The notes beneath the pieces were generated by a model. It did no database searches and had not been told where the DNA came from. It was given only the letters and a program-made list of their open reading frames with translations. Shown in pieces: positions 25,880 to 38,400 of a stretch of DNA of 49,324 nucleotides; within the stretch, counting starts at the first letter, position 1; every line of letters starts with the position of its first letter. Origin of the DNA: Spirogloea muscicola (taxonomy: Eukaryota); assembly GCA_009602725.1 (NCBI GenBank), contig WELB01000014.1:796561-845884 (forward strand), in the 5' to 3' direction. The position numbers were made by a program, and so were the translations under genes.

Positions 25880-27389
25880 CGGCGCGGGCGAGGCGCCGGC
25901 GGCGGACCAGACGGGCGTGATGTTCCGGGACGGCGCGTTCCTGGGCCTCGTCGGCGGCGCGCTGCCCGCCGCCGCCGCCTTCGACTACTTCGCGCGCTCG
26001 CCCTTCTACGACGCCGCCTGCGCCAATGAGCGTCTGCGCCAGCGCGGCGCCCACCCGCTCGACGCCGCCCAGCTCGCGTCAGTGCCAATGCCGCCGTCGC
26101 CGCCGCCGCCGCCGCTGCCGCCGAAGGCGGGCTGAGACCGACGGGGGGCGCTCGCTCGGTATGCCTCCTTGACGCACTGTCGCGAGCGCTCTCAGGGCGC
26201 TGACCGGCGTCGAGTACACCATGGCCGAGGCGGCGGAGCCGCACCTGTTCGTCCTCCGCAAGCAGCGGCGCGAGGCGCCCGACAAGGCCACGCTCCTGGC
26301 CGTGTACTACATCCTCGACGGCTCCGTGTACCAGGCGCCCAGCCTCCACGCCGTCATCGGCGCCCGCACCGTGAGTTGCAGTCGCGACCGGCAGCAGCCT
26401 GAGCCTGCTTGGGTCCACACTTAGCCCCAAAACCCTGGGGCTGAGCCTCTGCCCGAGGCTCTTTGCGCCTGGACGCACCAACTTGACGTAGACCTCTGGC
26501 ATGTAAGCTTTGGGCTACGTCTTGAACTTGCGGTTACTCCTCAGCCTTCAGCCAGCTCTGACGCAGGACATGACTCGCTTGCTTCTGTGCTTGTTTGTGG
26601 GGTCCGCTTGGGCGTCGCTTGTCCCAGTCCCGAGCCCTGAACCACATCCGGCAAGCTTTCTCCGAGACCGCCACGAGGCTGGAGCGCGTCGGCCTGCGTG
26701 AGTACACCGGCCCTCACTGCCCCCTTCAGTTGTTGCTGTCCTGAAACGCTTAGAATGTGGCAGCAGTCTGAGGACCCCGCTGCATGCCAAGCAATGAATG
26801 TGTAGACAGACGCAACCACGTCGAATTGTGAACGGGGTGCAAGAGTCCTACAGATGAAGACATGAATTTTTGAATGTGCTTGATTGCCTCTAGCTGAGCG
26901 GAGCCCTGACCTTGTCCTGGCAGAAACCGGCGGCAGAAAGGACGAGGCCAAGCGGGCGGGCGCCAACCCCTCGGACACCAAGGAGGAGAGCAAGAAGCCG
27001 ACAAACTTTCAGGAGATGCTGCGGCTGGACCAAATCCTTAGCACCGTCTTCAGCCGGGTGAGAGGCCTCCTCCTGTTCGCCCTGCACTGCGCGTGATCAA
27101 GTGGCCTCCTAAATTCTACACTGCCATTGCCACAGCTCTTTCCGTCTCATTGGCACTAAGAAGAAGTTTTGGGCCTTCTTGACTCCAGCTCAGCCACATT
27201 GTAAAGACATTGTTGTTTGCAATTCTGTTGCAGTTGCCTCCTCTACCACCGCCGCCGGCTCCTCCTATTGCAGATGAGGTGGTGCCTGGCTCCACTGGCC
27301 AGATTGATGGGCAGCCCCGGGTGGAGAAGGCCGATGTAACTCCCATGAGCCAAGGGCCCGCCAAGCGGGTGAAGCTGGAGCGCAGCTGA
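25880..27389 (+). CDS. MED6: Mediator complex subunit 6, about 5 exons; start obscured by the N at 25879
   Basis: DQTGVMFRD..FDYFARSPFYDAACANERLR..LTGVEY..EPHLFVLRKQRR..YYILDGSVYQAPSL..SRALNHIRQAF. Stop TGA at 27387-27389. Confidence 0.92.
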
Positions 27390-27718
27390 AGCGATGGCGA
27401 AGCAAACCGCTCGTAAGCAGTGTAACATGGAAGGGATGTGCACTAGGATGCTGCCGCCGACCTGGCCAACCTTCCACTATACTCGCAACCTTGTCAGCTT
27501 GCAGCTTGCAAAGGTTGACCATACAGGGTTGGTATACAGGGCTTCCTTCTCAGAGGCCACGTTGGCTCTTTCGCTCTCTGTACATGCCAACTGCATGCGC
27601 TTGTACTCAGCAAGCCATGCAGTAGTCGAGGCTAGCAGGGAGGAACTTAGTGGATTATCGACAGCGCACGAGTGACCAGCAGCAGTGATTGAACTGCTGA
27701 AGTGTTGGTGCCATCGCC

Positions 27719-29247
<1,529 letters not shown>

Positions 29248-29624
29248 NNNNNNNNNNNNNNNNNNNNNNNNNNNNNNNNNNNNNNNNNNNNNNNNNNNNN
29301 NNNNNNNNNNNNNNNNNNNNNNNNNNNNNNNNNNNNNNNNNNNNNNNNNNNNNNNNNNNNNNNNNNNNNNNNNNNNNNNNNNNNNNNNNNNNNNNNNNNN
29401 NNNNNNNNNNNNNNNNNNNNNNNNNNNNNNNNNNNNNNNNNNNNNNNNNNNNNNNNNNNNNNNNNNNNNNNNNNNNNNNNNNNNNNNNNNNNNNNNNNNN
29501 NNNNNNNNNNNNNNNNNNNNNNNNNNNNNNNNNNNNNNNNNNNNNNNNNNNNNNNNNNNNNNNNNNNNNNNNNNNNNNNNNNNNNNNNNNNNNNNNNNNN
29601 NNNNNNNNNNNNNNNNNNNNNNNN
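29248..29624. other. Assembly gap (N run)
   Basis: Ns in the sequence. Confidence 1.
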
Positions 29625-30136
29625 CGAGCCCCGCCGAGAGCCCGCCGCGGCTCGCACTCTGGCCGCCGCCGCCCACCAGCCTCGCGCGCTCCCGCTCGCC
29701 GCTGGCGCCGGCGCGCCGTGGCACGTCTCCGTGGCACTCGTCCTCCTCCTACCCCTCGCTCTCTCTCTCTCTCTCTCCCCCGCGCCCTCCCCCTCTCGCG
29801 ACACTCCTCCTCTCTGGCTATCTCCTCGTCTCCTCCTCCCGCTCTCCCGCTCTTCCTCTCCCGCGCATTCCCTCCTGTACCCCGCGTCATGCACATGCAG
29901 TCCCTCCCTCTCCCTCCCATTACTCGCCTCCCTATCCAGCTCTCTACCCCCGCAAAGCTGCAGTCACCTCTGAGTCCATCCCTTCCCATCGCCTCCATCA
30001 TCTGCTAAACCCCCCAAGCCAAGATGAAGCTAAACCCCCAAACAGCTCCAGCTGCTGCTGCATCCAAGTGACCCACGCATCCTCTTTGTGGCGTCTACCA
30101 GGTGTGCCAGCTGCGTTGCAGACGCCAGCAGCACCG

Positions 30137-32184
30137 ATGGCAGCCACCGTGGGCGGCCCCTCTGCCACAGCGGCGGCAGCTGCAGGGCGCGTCCTCGCAG
30201 CCGTGTCGACGCCAGCCGAGCATGGCGGCGGCCGCCCTGCCGCTGCGCGTGTCTCGGGCCTGCAGTCGCTGCGCCACGCCGTGACGTGGGTGCAATGGCG
30301 CCCGCCGTCAGCAGCGGCGGCAGGTGCGGAGGAGAGGAGGGGTCCCGATGCGCTGCAGGCCGCCGCAGCTCCGGCTGCTGGCGCCGGCGGCAGCGGCGGC
30401 GGCGGCGGCGGCGGTGGCGGCACTCCGGCGCTCAACGACCTGCCGCTGGTCAATTACATCAATCAGCGGGGATTCGTGCAGCCGGCGGTGGAGCCCGGCA
30501 CGGCGGCCACCGTCTTCGCGGTCTTTGACAAGAACAAGAAGATCCAGTACATCGGCTTCTCCAAGGACGTCCGCAACTCGCTGCGCACCCTGCTCGGCCG
30601 CCGCCCCGAGCTCTGCTACTTCTACAAGGCCGCCGACCTCCCCACCCTCGACCAGCAGCAGATGATCAAGATCCGCGAGCAGGTCCGCCGCCATTGCCGT
30701 TGTCACGCGCTGCCTGCCGGTCGCTGGCGGCTGCGATTCGTGTATCTGATCCTTTGTGGTGGATGCCATGTTGGTGCTGCAGTGGATCTCGGAGCTGGGC
30801 TTGCCGCCGACGGGCAACGCGGAGCCTGCACAGCGGAAGCTATGGGAGCAGCCCGGCGACGCGGGCTCCATCTCCGAGCGCGGCAAGGTGGCCGCCGCGA
30901 CGTCCAAGGCCAAGACCATGCTCCAGATCCTCGCGGACAGAGGTCTCAAGGAGGAGGTATGCGAGTGGCCACCCTCGTCTCTGTCTCCCTCCTCGTCCAG
31001 GGCCTGATTGTAGTTCGGTATCGTGCCTCTGCCATGCCGCCTGCGTGCATATGATGCAGGTCTGCCCTTTGTTCTGCGTGGCAGTTTGTGTACGACCCAG
31101 AGCTTCTGGAGAAGGGCCTGTGTGACATTCAGACGGTAAGCTCTGCACTTTTACAGTTGGCCGCCAGTGCCCGACTGGTGCCGCCGCAAGCTTTGGCAAT
31201 GCGTGGTGAGGCGGAGTCTGCTGCGACTGATCCGGCTCCCGCCACTATGTAAGCTGTGGCCAGTCCAAGGAGCAGAGCAAGGAGCAGCTGGAGGAGACGG
31301 AGCGCCAGCTATCGGAGGCGGCATCGCGCCGCCGGGAGGTGGCGGTAGGTGCGCCCGACGGCACGGAGGTCAAGTTTGAGATTTTCCTGCAGAATAAGTT
31401 CAAGACCAACGGCGGGTGGATGTACGACGTCAAGCTCTCGCACGATGACAAGGAGACGACGTAAGCGCCGCGCAGCACCTCTTCTGGCACCCCTTCTGGC
31501 GCTCCCCTATGACCTCCATTGCCCCTCATTGTGCGGCCCAAATGTGCACTTGTGCCGCTCAAGAAGGTCCTGCTTTGAGCATCTGCCTCACCATGGCGAG
31601 TCCAGGGTCAGAGCCGAGGCCCGGCAACAGAGTGAAGCTTCTTGCCGGCCCGCGCCCAGTGGTCATGGCCTGACTTCTTGCTCTGGCCTGGCTGTGCATC
31701 CAGCCACCGGGTGGTGTGCGGTGCCATATATCCTGAGGCGGCTGGCCTGCCGGAGGATGAGTTTATCGAGCGGACCTTCGCATTCCTGCTGGTTTGTTAT
31801 CCAATCCAATCCCATCAAAGCTGAGAGAACATGAATATGAGTAAGTCAAGCGAAGCAAGAGTGTCATTAGAAGGTATGAGAATACGTCATGGAGCTCGCG
31901 ATGACGATGGTCTGCCGGCTGCTCTGCGGCTCTTCTCTGCTCCGCAGTGGAAACGGCTGCCCCGTCGGACAGAGGGCGTGCTGACAGGCGACCAATTTGG
32001 CATCAACTATTTCTCGGTCTCGGAGGTCAGCCAGAAGTTTGACGACTTCCGTGGCTGGTTTGCCTCGGACCTGCCGGACGCATACTGGCGCTTCAACCGC
32101 CTCCACTCATACGGCAGCCAGGCGGACCCTGCGCCGCTGCTTGGGCCACCGCCACTCAGTATAGAGGCAGCCAGACTGTCATGA
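30137..32184 (+). CDS. Plastid-targeted GIY-YIG-fold protein (cyanobacterial / AtGRXS16 N-domain-like) with an extra C-terminal domain, 6 exons
   Basis: TVFAVFDKNKKIQYIGFSKDVRNSLRTLLGRRPELCYFYK...WISELGLPPTGN...LQILADRGLKEEFVYDPELLEKGLCD. GT-AG introns in phase to the stop at 32184. Confidence 0.75.
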
Positions 32185-32956
32185 AGGCAGCACCATTTTA
32201 GTAAGGCTCGGCAAGGCCGGTACTGCCAACAGTGGCTTAGTGTTTGCTTAGTGTTTGGGCAACTTGGTGCAGCGATGATGGCGAAATGCATTGCTTCGGC
32301 AAGCTCTCATGCAGTCACCTAGCGCGAGCGTCATAGAGATTACAATTGTTAGAGCTGTGCTTCTGCATGCCGACCAGGCGATTTTGAAATGTCAGAGACT
32401 GATGGTCCCGTGCCGTTGAGGACGCTCAGGTGCTGTCAATGAGAGGTGCAGTTTGCCGCGGCACGAGGTGCCCTCGGTCCAAAATGGGGTGTTAGTACTC
32501 AGGTCTGTCAAGGAGATTCTGCAGAGCCACTGCTTCAAGATGGACTTGGCCTGCAGGAGGCATGGCAGTGGTCTAGGAGGGAGCAGAGCAGGACCTGTCT
32601 GGAGTCCACAGGCCGGTAGCTTTGCAGAAATTGCGGCTGCTGATGTTCAGAAAGTGGTTGTGAGAGCCAGTCAGAGGCAGGATGGCCGCCTGTGCAGGAC
32701 AGTGCTGGGGCACACCACGCGGCCATGGCAAGTAGGCCCGAATCTGCCAGCGAGGGTGCATTGTGGGGCTGTGTTCTAGGGGTGCAATGTGATTGAGCTG
32801 CCCGTGAGCGGCCGCCACATGAAGTTGGGGCTGAAGCGACAGCGGCATCCTGAGGGCGCGCCGTTTGGCTGACGCATTCGTCGTCAGGATGTCGGAGCTT
32901 CTAAGTGAAGGTAGATCTTGGATGCATTGTGGCAGGAACGATGGATCCTTTGAATA

Positions 32957-33113
32957 TTCTTGTTTCTGGGCTGGCCAACCGGCCATCGCCCTCTTCTGGA
33001 AGCGTCTTTGTGAAACTGGAAGAACTTCTTTCTTTCAAGTAGGCGCTTCCAGGAGAGGGCGGTGGCTTTGATAGGCCAGCCCGGAAAAAGGAATGAACAA
33101 GTTTCGATGGGCC
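32957..33113. repeat. Foldback pair of the dispersed motif (cluster 4): ~50 bp arms 32957-33007 and 33041-33093, loop ~33 bp
   Basis: ttcttgtttctgggctggccaaccggccatcgccctcttctggaagcgtct versus the reverse complement ttcctttttccgggctggcctatcaaagccaccgccctctcctggaagcgcct. Confidence 0.8.
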
Positions 33114-33535
33114 AGCGAAAGCTCTAATACACGGAACTATTCTAAGCCCCACAGTCGCTGAAGTAGCCACTTAGCGCTCAGTGAACCGCTGTGGAGCTGC
33201 CGCAGGTCGGAGAAGCTTCGAAGGTGCTCCATGGCTGCCATACAGTAAGCTGGATGCAGCACACCTGCAGCAAAGACTGCGAAGGCAATACTAGCAATGC
33301 GAGGTGCGGCACACAGGAGTCGTCGCCAGTTTCGCTTTGCCGGCAGGTCAGCCGGTGCGCCTGCGCAGCCGGCGCTGGCTGCTGCGGCTGGCGGGGCATG
33401 GGCGCGGAGCACGGTGGCGTGGGTTGGCGGCCTGTGCCGCTTGCGGTGGAGCACTTAGTGACGTTACGCGGCGCGTCGCACGTCAGCTCGCCTTGCATGC
33501 AGCGCTCGGCAGCCTATCGAGGACAACAAGCAGCG

Positions 33536-34904
33536 ATGGCTGGCGGCACCGCTGCCAGTGCCGTCTTCACTGGCACTGCCGCGGGCGCTCCGCCGGCGAC
33601 AAGCAGTTCTGCAGCTTGCCAGCGCGCCGCTGCTGTGCACGGCAGCCGGACGCTGCTGAGCCAGGCCGCATGCCATGGCCGGAAGCTGCCCCATGCTGGC
33701 TGTGGCGGCCGTGGTGCCAGCCCCAATTGGCGTCGGCGCCGACGGCGGAAGAGCAGGCTGGCGGGCACGGCGAGGGCACTGAGCTGGAGGTGGGAGGACG
33801 AAGACACTGGCGGCGGCGATGTGGGCACTGGCACCCGAGGCGACTCTGGCAGCGAGAAGGGCGACGGTGCCGCTTTCGAGCACGGCGTGGCGCTCTTCAA
33901 CGCGGGCCAGTACTATGCTTGCCACGACGTGCTGGAGGAGCTGTGGCACCGCGCCGCCGAGCCCCAGCGCACCGCGCTGCACGGCGTCCTGCAGTGCGCC
34001 GTCGGCATCTACCACCTCCTCAACCAGGTCTGCACGACCGCAGCCTGCTCGGTTTCCATTGCTCAGACCATTCTTAGCCTGGTCAAGTAACTAGAGGTTC
34101 ATGATCATTGCCAAACTGGCTCCATTAGTTGTCCTACATTCTACGAGCTCGGCTCATATCCTGTTAATACCAGGTTGTCCTCCTGCACTCTCCATTGATA
34201 CGTTCGGCGCAGCACCGCTTCAACATGGCACCATTCTCTGCCCTTCAGCAGCGCTGCTGCATCTTACGATGGCTGCAGAACCACAAGGGCGCGATGGTGG
34301 AGCTCGGGGAGGGGCTCAACAAGCTGCGGCGCCTGCCCAGCCGCACCGGCCCTTTCCATGACTTGGAGCACCAGGCCTCCGCGCTCCTTGAGTTCATCTA
34401 CAGCACACAGCTGGAGCACGCCGCCTGTGATCCTCAGCACCCCTGACGTCAATCAGTTTCTGCTCTTCCTTGCCAACCCATTAGTGCTTTGACATATGCT
34501 GAGTGAATTGGGTCCATGAACGCCTCACACAAACTTGTAGACGGAGTGCGTGCATAGCTGTCGCAGGGCAGCTTGCAAAGTACAAAGCAGCAAAATGGCT
34601 GATGAGCAACTCTGCTTGCTTTTGGTCCTGAGGGCAATTGTGATCCTATGATCACAATGATGCAGGTGCCGATGATGTCTGTGTGGCCATGGACGGGTCT
34701 GAAACGTCCTACCGCTTGCTGGGCGACTTTGCTGCTGGCCAACAGCTTTATGCTCTTCACGTCGATGTGAACGGGCTCGCTCGCCTTCGGTATTATCCTC
34801 TCCATGCAAGAAGCGAAAGCTCCAACGACTTCCCGGCCCAGCCAGAGCAACAAGTGCTGCTGCCCATCCTCGATGCGTCAGAAGCAGATCTACGAAGCTG
34901 TTAG
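33536..34904 (+). CDS. DUF309 domain protein (plant plastid type), 3 exons
   Basis: FEHGVALFNAGQYYACHDVLEELWHRAAEPQRTALHGVLQCAVGIYHLLNQNHKGAMVELGEGLNKL...CVAMDGSETSYRLLGDFAAGQ. An alternative ATG lies at 33497. Confidence 0.88.
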
Positions 34905-35198
34905 ACTCTGTGGTTTCGAAATCATTCCATGGTACAACATTCATAGTCACAGAAGGGGCTGCGCTTGCACAACAAGTACATAAGCTGCTATGCGTCTTTT
35001 GACTGCGGACCTCCAGGCCTTTGTGAAGTTGAGGTATTTGGAGCACACAGGTTCTTAACTTGCACCTCATCTGACTAAGGCAGCAACATTATGTGAACCT
35101 TGATGTGCAATTACAATATGGTCTCAATCTTGCTCCAACATGAAGTCAAAAAGCCTCTGCCAATTCTCACCACCAACAGTGGGCACAGGAGCACAACA

Positions 35199-35298
35199 TC
35201 TGCCAAGAAGCCCGTCTATCTCTACTTGACACTTGGCACTCTTGTACCTCTGCCAAGAAGCCCGTCTATCTCTACTTGACACTTGGCACTCTTGTACC
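35199..35298 (+). repeat. Perfect 50-bp tandem duplication
   Basis: tctgccaagaagcccgtctatctctacttgacacttggcactcttgtacc x2. Confidence 0.95.
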
Positions 35299-35480
35299 TG
35301 TTCCAACGTCTACAGCCTTTCTCCCAATGGGGAGGTGCTACCGGCTGGGCTAGCTACCTTAGCACTGGTCCTATAAGAGAGCGCTTTATCCTTCTGACAG
35401 CTCAATGTAGCCCAGGCTTAAAACAACATTCCACTACCACCTGACTGCCTAACTAAATTGTACCTGTTACCTGCCAGCTC

Positions 35481-38400
35481 TTAAGCCTCTTCAATGGATG
35501 GCCGACATGAGAGCCACGACTTGAAGGTTGAGACAGCAGCTTGCAGCTGGCACGACCGGTACTCCATTGACACAGGTGCCAAGAGAACCATGCATTCAAG
35601 GTCCAGCTTCTCGTCACTTGCGGCCCCTTGCTGAACCAGCTGCCCATCCGTGCAGAGGAGGCCAGCAATCTTGTCGGCCATGCTGGAGTACACAGCTCTG
35701 CCAGGATGAAGAATCATCCAAAAGCACTTCAGACATGCGACAGTGCAACTGCATATCAAGCCCGCAATTATGTTTGTAAGATCCCTTCAGAATCCCTTCT
35801 GCAACCCCCAGAGCGAATGTTACCTCAACTGTAGGCCATTGCCTGTCAGCCACTGAGCCAGCGGTTCGCGTAGCCGCTGGAAGAGTGCTTCACACCTAGC
35901 AACCAAGCCCGCTTCCAACATCTGCACCATTTATCAGCCATATTCAAGGGCCAATCAAAGCTGAATATGAGGAGGGCTCCAGACGAAGAATTGTACAGAT
36001 TGCTAGCACAGATAACATTTCTCGCATGAGGCCGAATCTACATCAACACAAGCTGGACGAAACAATCAGGTGTTTGATGAAATGCTTTCTCCAATCTTAC
36101 CTCTTCATCAAAGAATGCCAAGTCCTTCCTGAAAGAGTCCCTTAGGTAAAGGTAGTCAACAAATATAGATGCTCCCAACCTCCAATGCACAATCTCGTCC
36201 TTCTGCTTTTCCAATCTTTGCAAAATCCTCCTCAGCTCAGACTCGTCTGCAACATTCAAAGGAGCTGTTTCATCAGCAGTATTTCTCAGCAAAGTGCCAG
36301 CAGGAGCAAATGCTAGGAGGCTGACCAGCAAGGAAGGTAAAAGAGACCTTGCATATCCTGCCTTGTCTGACAGTCGACTCTGAAGGTCGCTTGCCTGAGT
36401 AGAAGAGGGTGGATGCAACTGAAGTCATGAAGAGTGCGTGGCCTTCCTCCAACTGGCCACCCTCAAGCAGGTGGTGAAGCTCGTTGCGATGTTCTCCGAG
36501 GTATCTATAGTACATAGCCTGCACTTGCATGATTGCATCGCTACATTGTGTGACTGGATCATGCAGGCAATGGACCCAAGGGGCTCAGCAATCTAAAGAA
36601 CCAACTGCCCTTATTGCCATGAAGAAACATGATTCATATTGATCCAGTACATACACCAAGAGGCATTGCATCTTTATTCACCCTTTCATTCCTTGAGATG
36701 AACGAGTACGCGATGCCAGACCTACTGCTGACGAACTTATTCTGCAAGGCGCACCTCTGCTGAATGCATCCAAGGTGATGGAAGGTGCAGGTCCAGCAAG
36801 GCTTCTCGCTGCTCTTCGGAGTTCGTCCAATCTTCCACATACTGTGTGAGGATAGTCTCCACAGCCCGTTCATGTAGGTAGGGGAAGTTTTCAGACCTCG
36901 GCATGTGCAGAATGACATAGATAGCCCAGTGACATTGGCCTATGGCCAGCAGCTGGTCAGCCAAGCCCATGTGGAGGCCATTCAGATGCTCGCCACTTTG
37001 AGCACCTATTGCCTGGCAGAATGTAAAGCAGCGCCACTGGTATGAGTCACAGGTTAGTACAATGCTTATCAGCAACTGAGTAACTTCTGGACTTGTGGGA
37101 TTCAAATGCTACTGGACTTTTGGGGTTGAGATATATAGGTGCACTTTGACGACACTCTACACTCCCTGCTTACGCTTGAAAATGATATAGCAGGATATCG
37201 CGGCGACATACCTGCAATGCAGCATGGACTTCCCAAGCCAGTGCATTGTCCAGTTGATCTGACGTGTAAGATGCAGACCTCAGCATGGCCGTCGACTGCT
37301 TAGTGTCATCTTCTTTGACATCGTCGGCACTCCTGACGGCTTCTTGTGCATGGAGCTCCATGAGATGGTAAGCCATGTCCAGGGGCGCCGTCTTGGAGGG
37401 TGAGCGCGCCCCACCCTCCTCCACATACATGGCCAGCGGCGGCGGCGCATTGCCTGCTCGGACGCTGGCTACATACTCCGTGACAACGGAAGCGAGGGGC
37501 GTACTAGGCAGCAGCTGGTACCACAGCATCAGGCCCAGATGCCGCTTCCAGTCGAGCGGCTCCTCGTCCTTGGTGGCCAGGTCGACCTGCCCGGCAAGCA
37601 GCCGATACAATCTCAGGCGGGAGCCGTCAATGAGCGGCGGCTTGAGGCCTTCGACGTCCCACACTGCCAGCTGCGCTTTCAGGTCCGCTCGGCTAGCAGA
37701 TAGCCCGCCGCCCAGCGCAATGATGCTGGCCAATCGGACATCCCCCACTTCGATGGCAATACCGGTCGCTTCCTCTAGCTGGTGCCCTGTGAGGTACTGG
37801 AAGATGGCCTTGGAGGCTGAGCCCATTCCTGACTTTGCAAGGTCCGCCAAGCACCTCTCAACTTGCTCGCCAACATTGTCCTGCAGCCAGACACTGAACA
37901 GCGTCCGGCGGCGAGACGCCTCTGCTTCATGATTCAGGGCCGATGGTGGCAGCTGCGCTCCGCTGCCATCCCATCCAGCTTCCAGGAGGGCGCTGTCGGA
38001 GGGGTCCTCCACAGGCCTGCTGTGCTCAGCAAAGAGCACGTCCACTAAGTCCCACACCATGGCTCGGTGTCGCAGGATCAGCCGGCGATCTGGCATGCTC
38101 CCGAAGTCAGCTTCAAGGAGCTCGCGCTCCACCAGCGACCGGTGCTCGTTACACACCGCGGGCAGCCTTCGCCTGTCCAGGCTCACGCCACGGACTGGAG
38201 CTCGCAGCAACAACGTGGGTCCAAGTTCGTCTTTCTCATCTTCATCCGCCGCCTCTGTGCTCAGCATCTCCCTGTGCACCAGGAGCCCTGCAATCATGCT
38301 GTCTCGCTCGGCTGGCTCACAGAGAGCCACCTTCTCAATGTGGACAAGCGATGACAGGCCGCTGGAGGTGCCCATCGCAGAACCAGAGTGGACGAGCACC

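Noticed and set aside
32453..33498. Possible extra gene between the GIY-YIG and DUF309 genes
   Set aside because: Short ORFs with no homology cues or coherent splice model; the region contains the foldback repeat.
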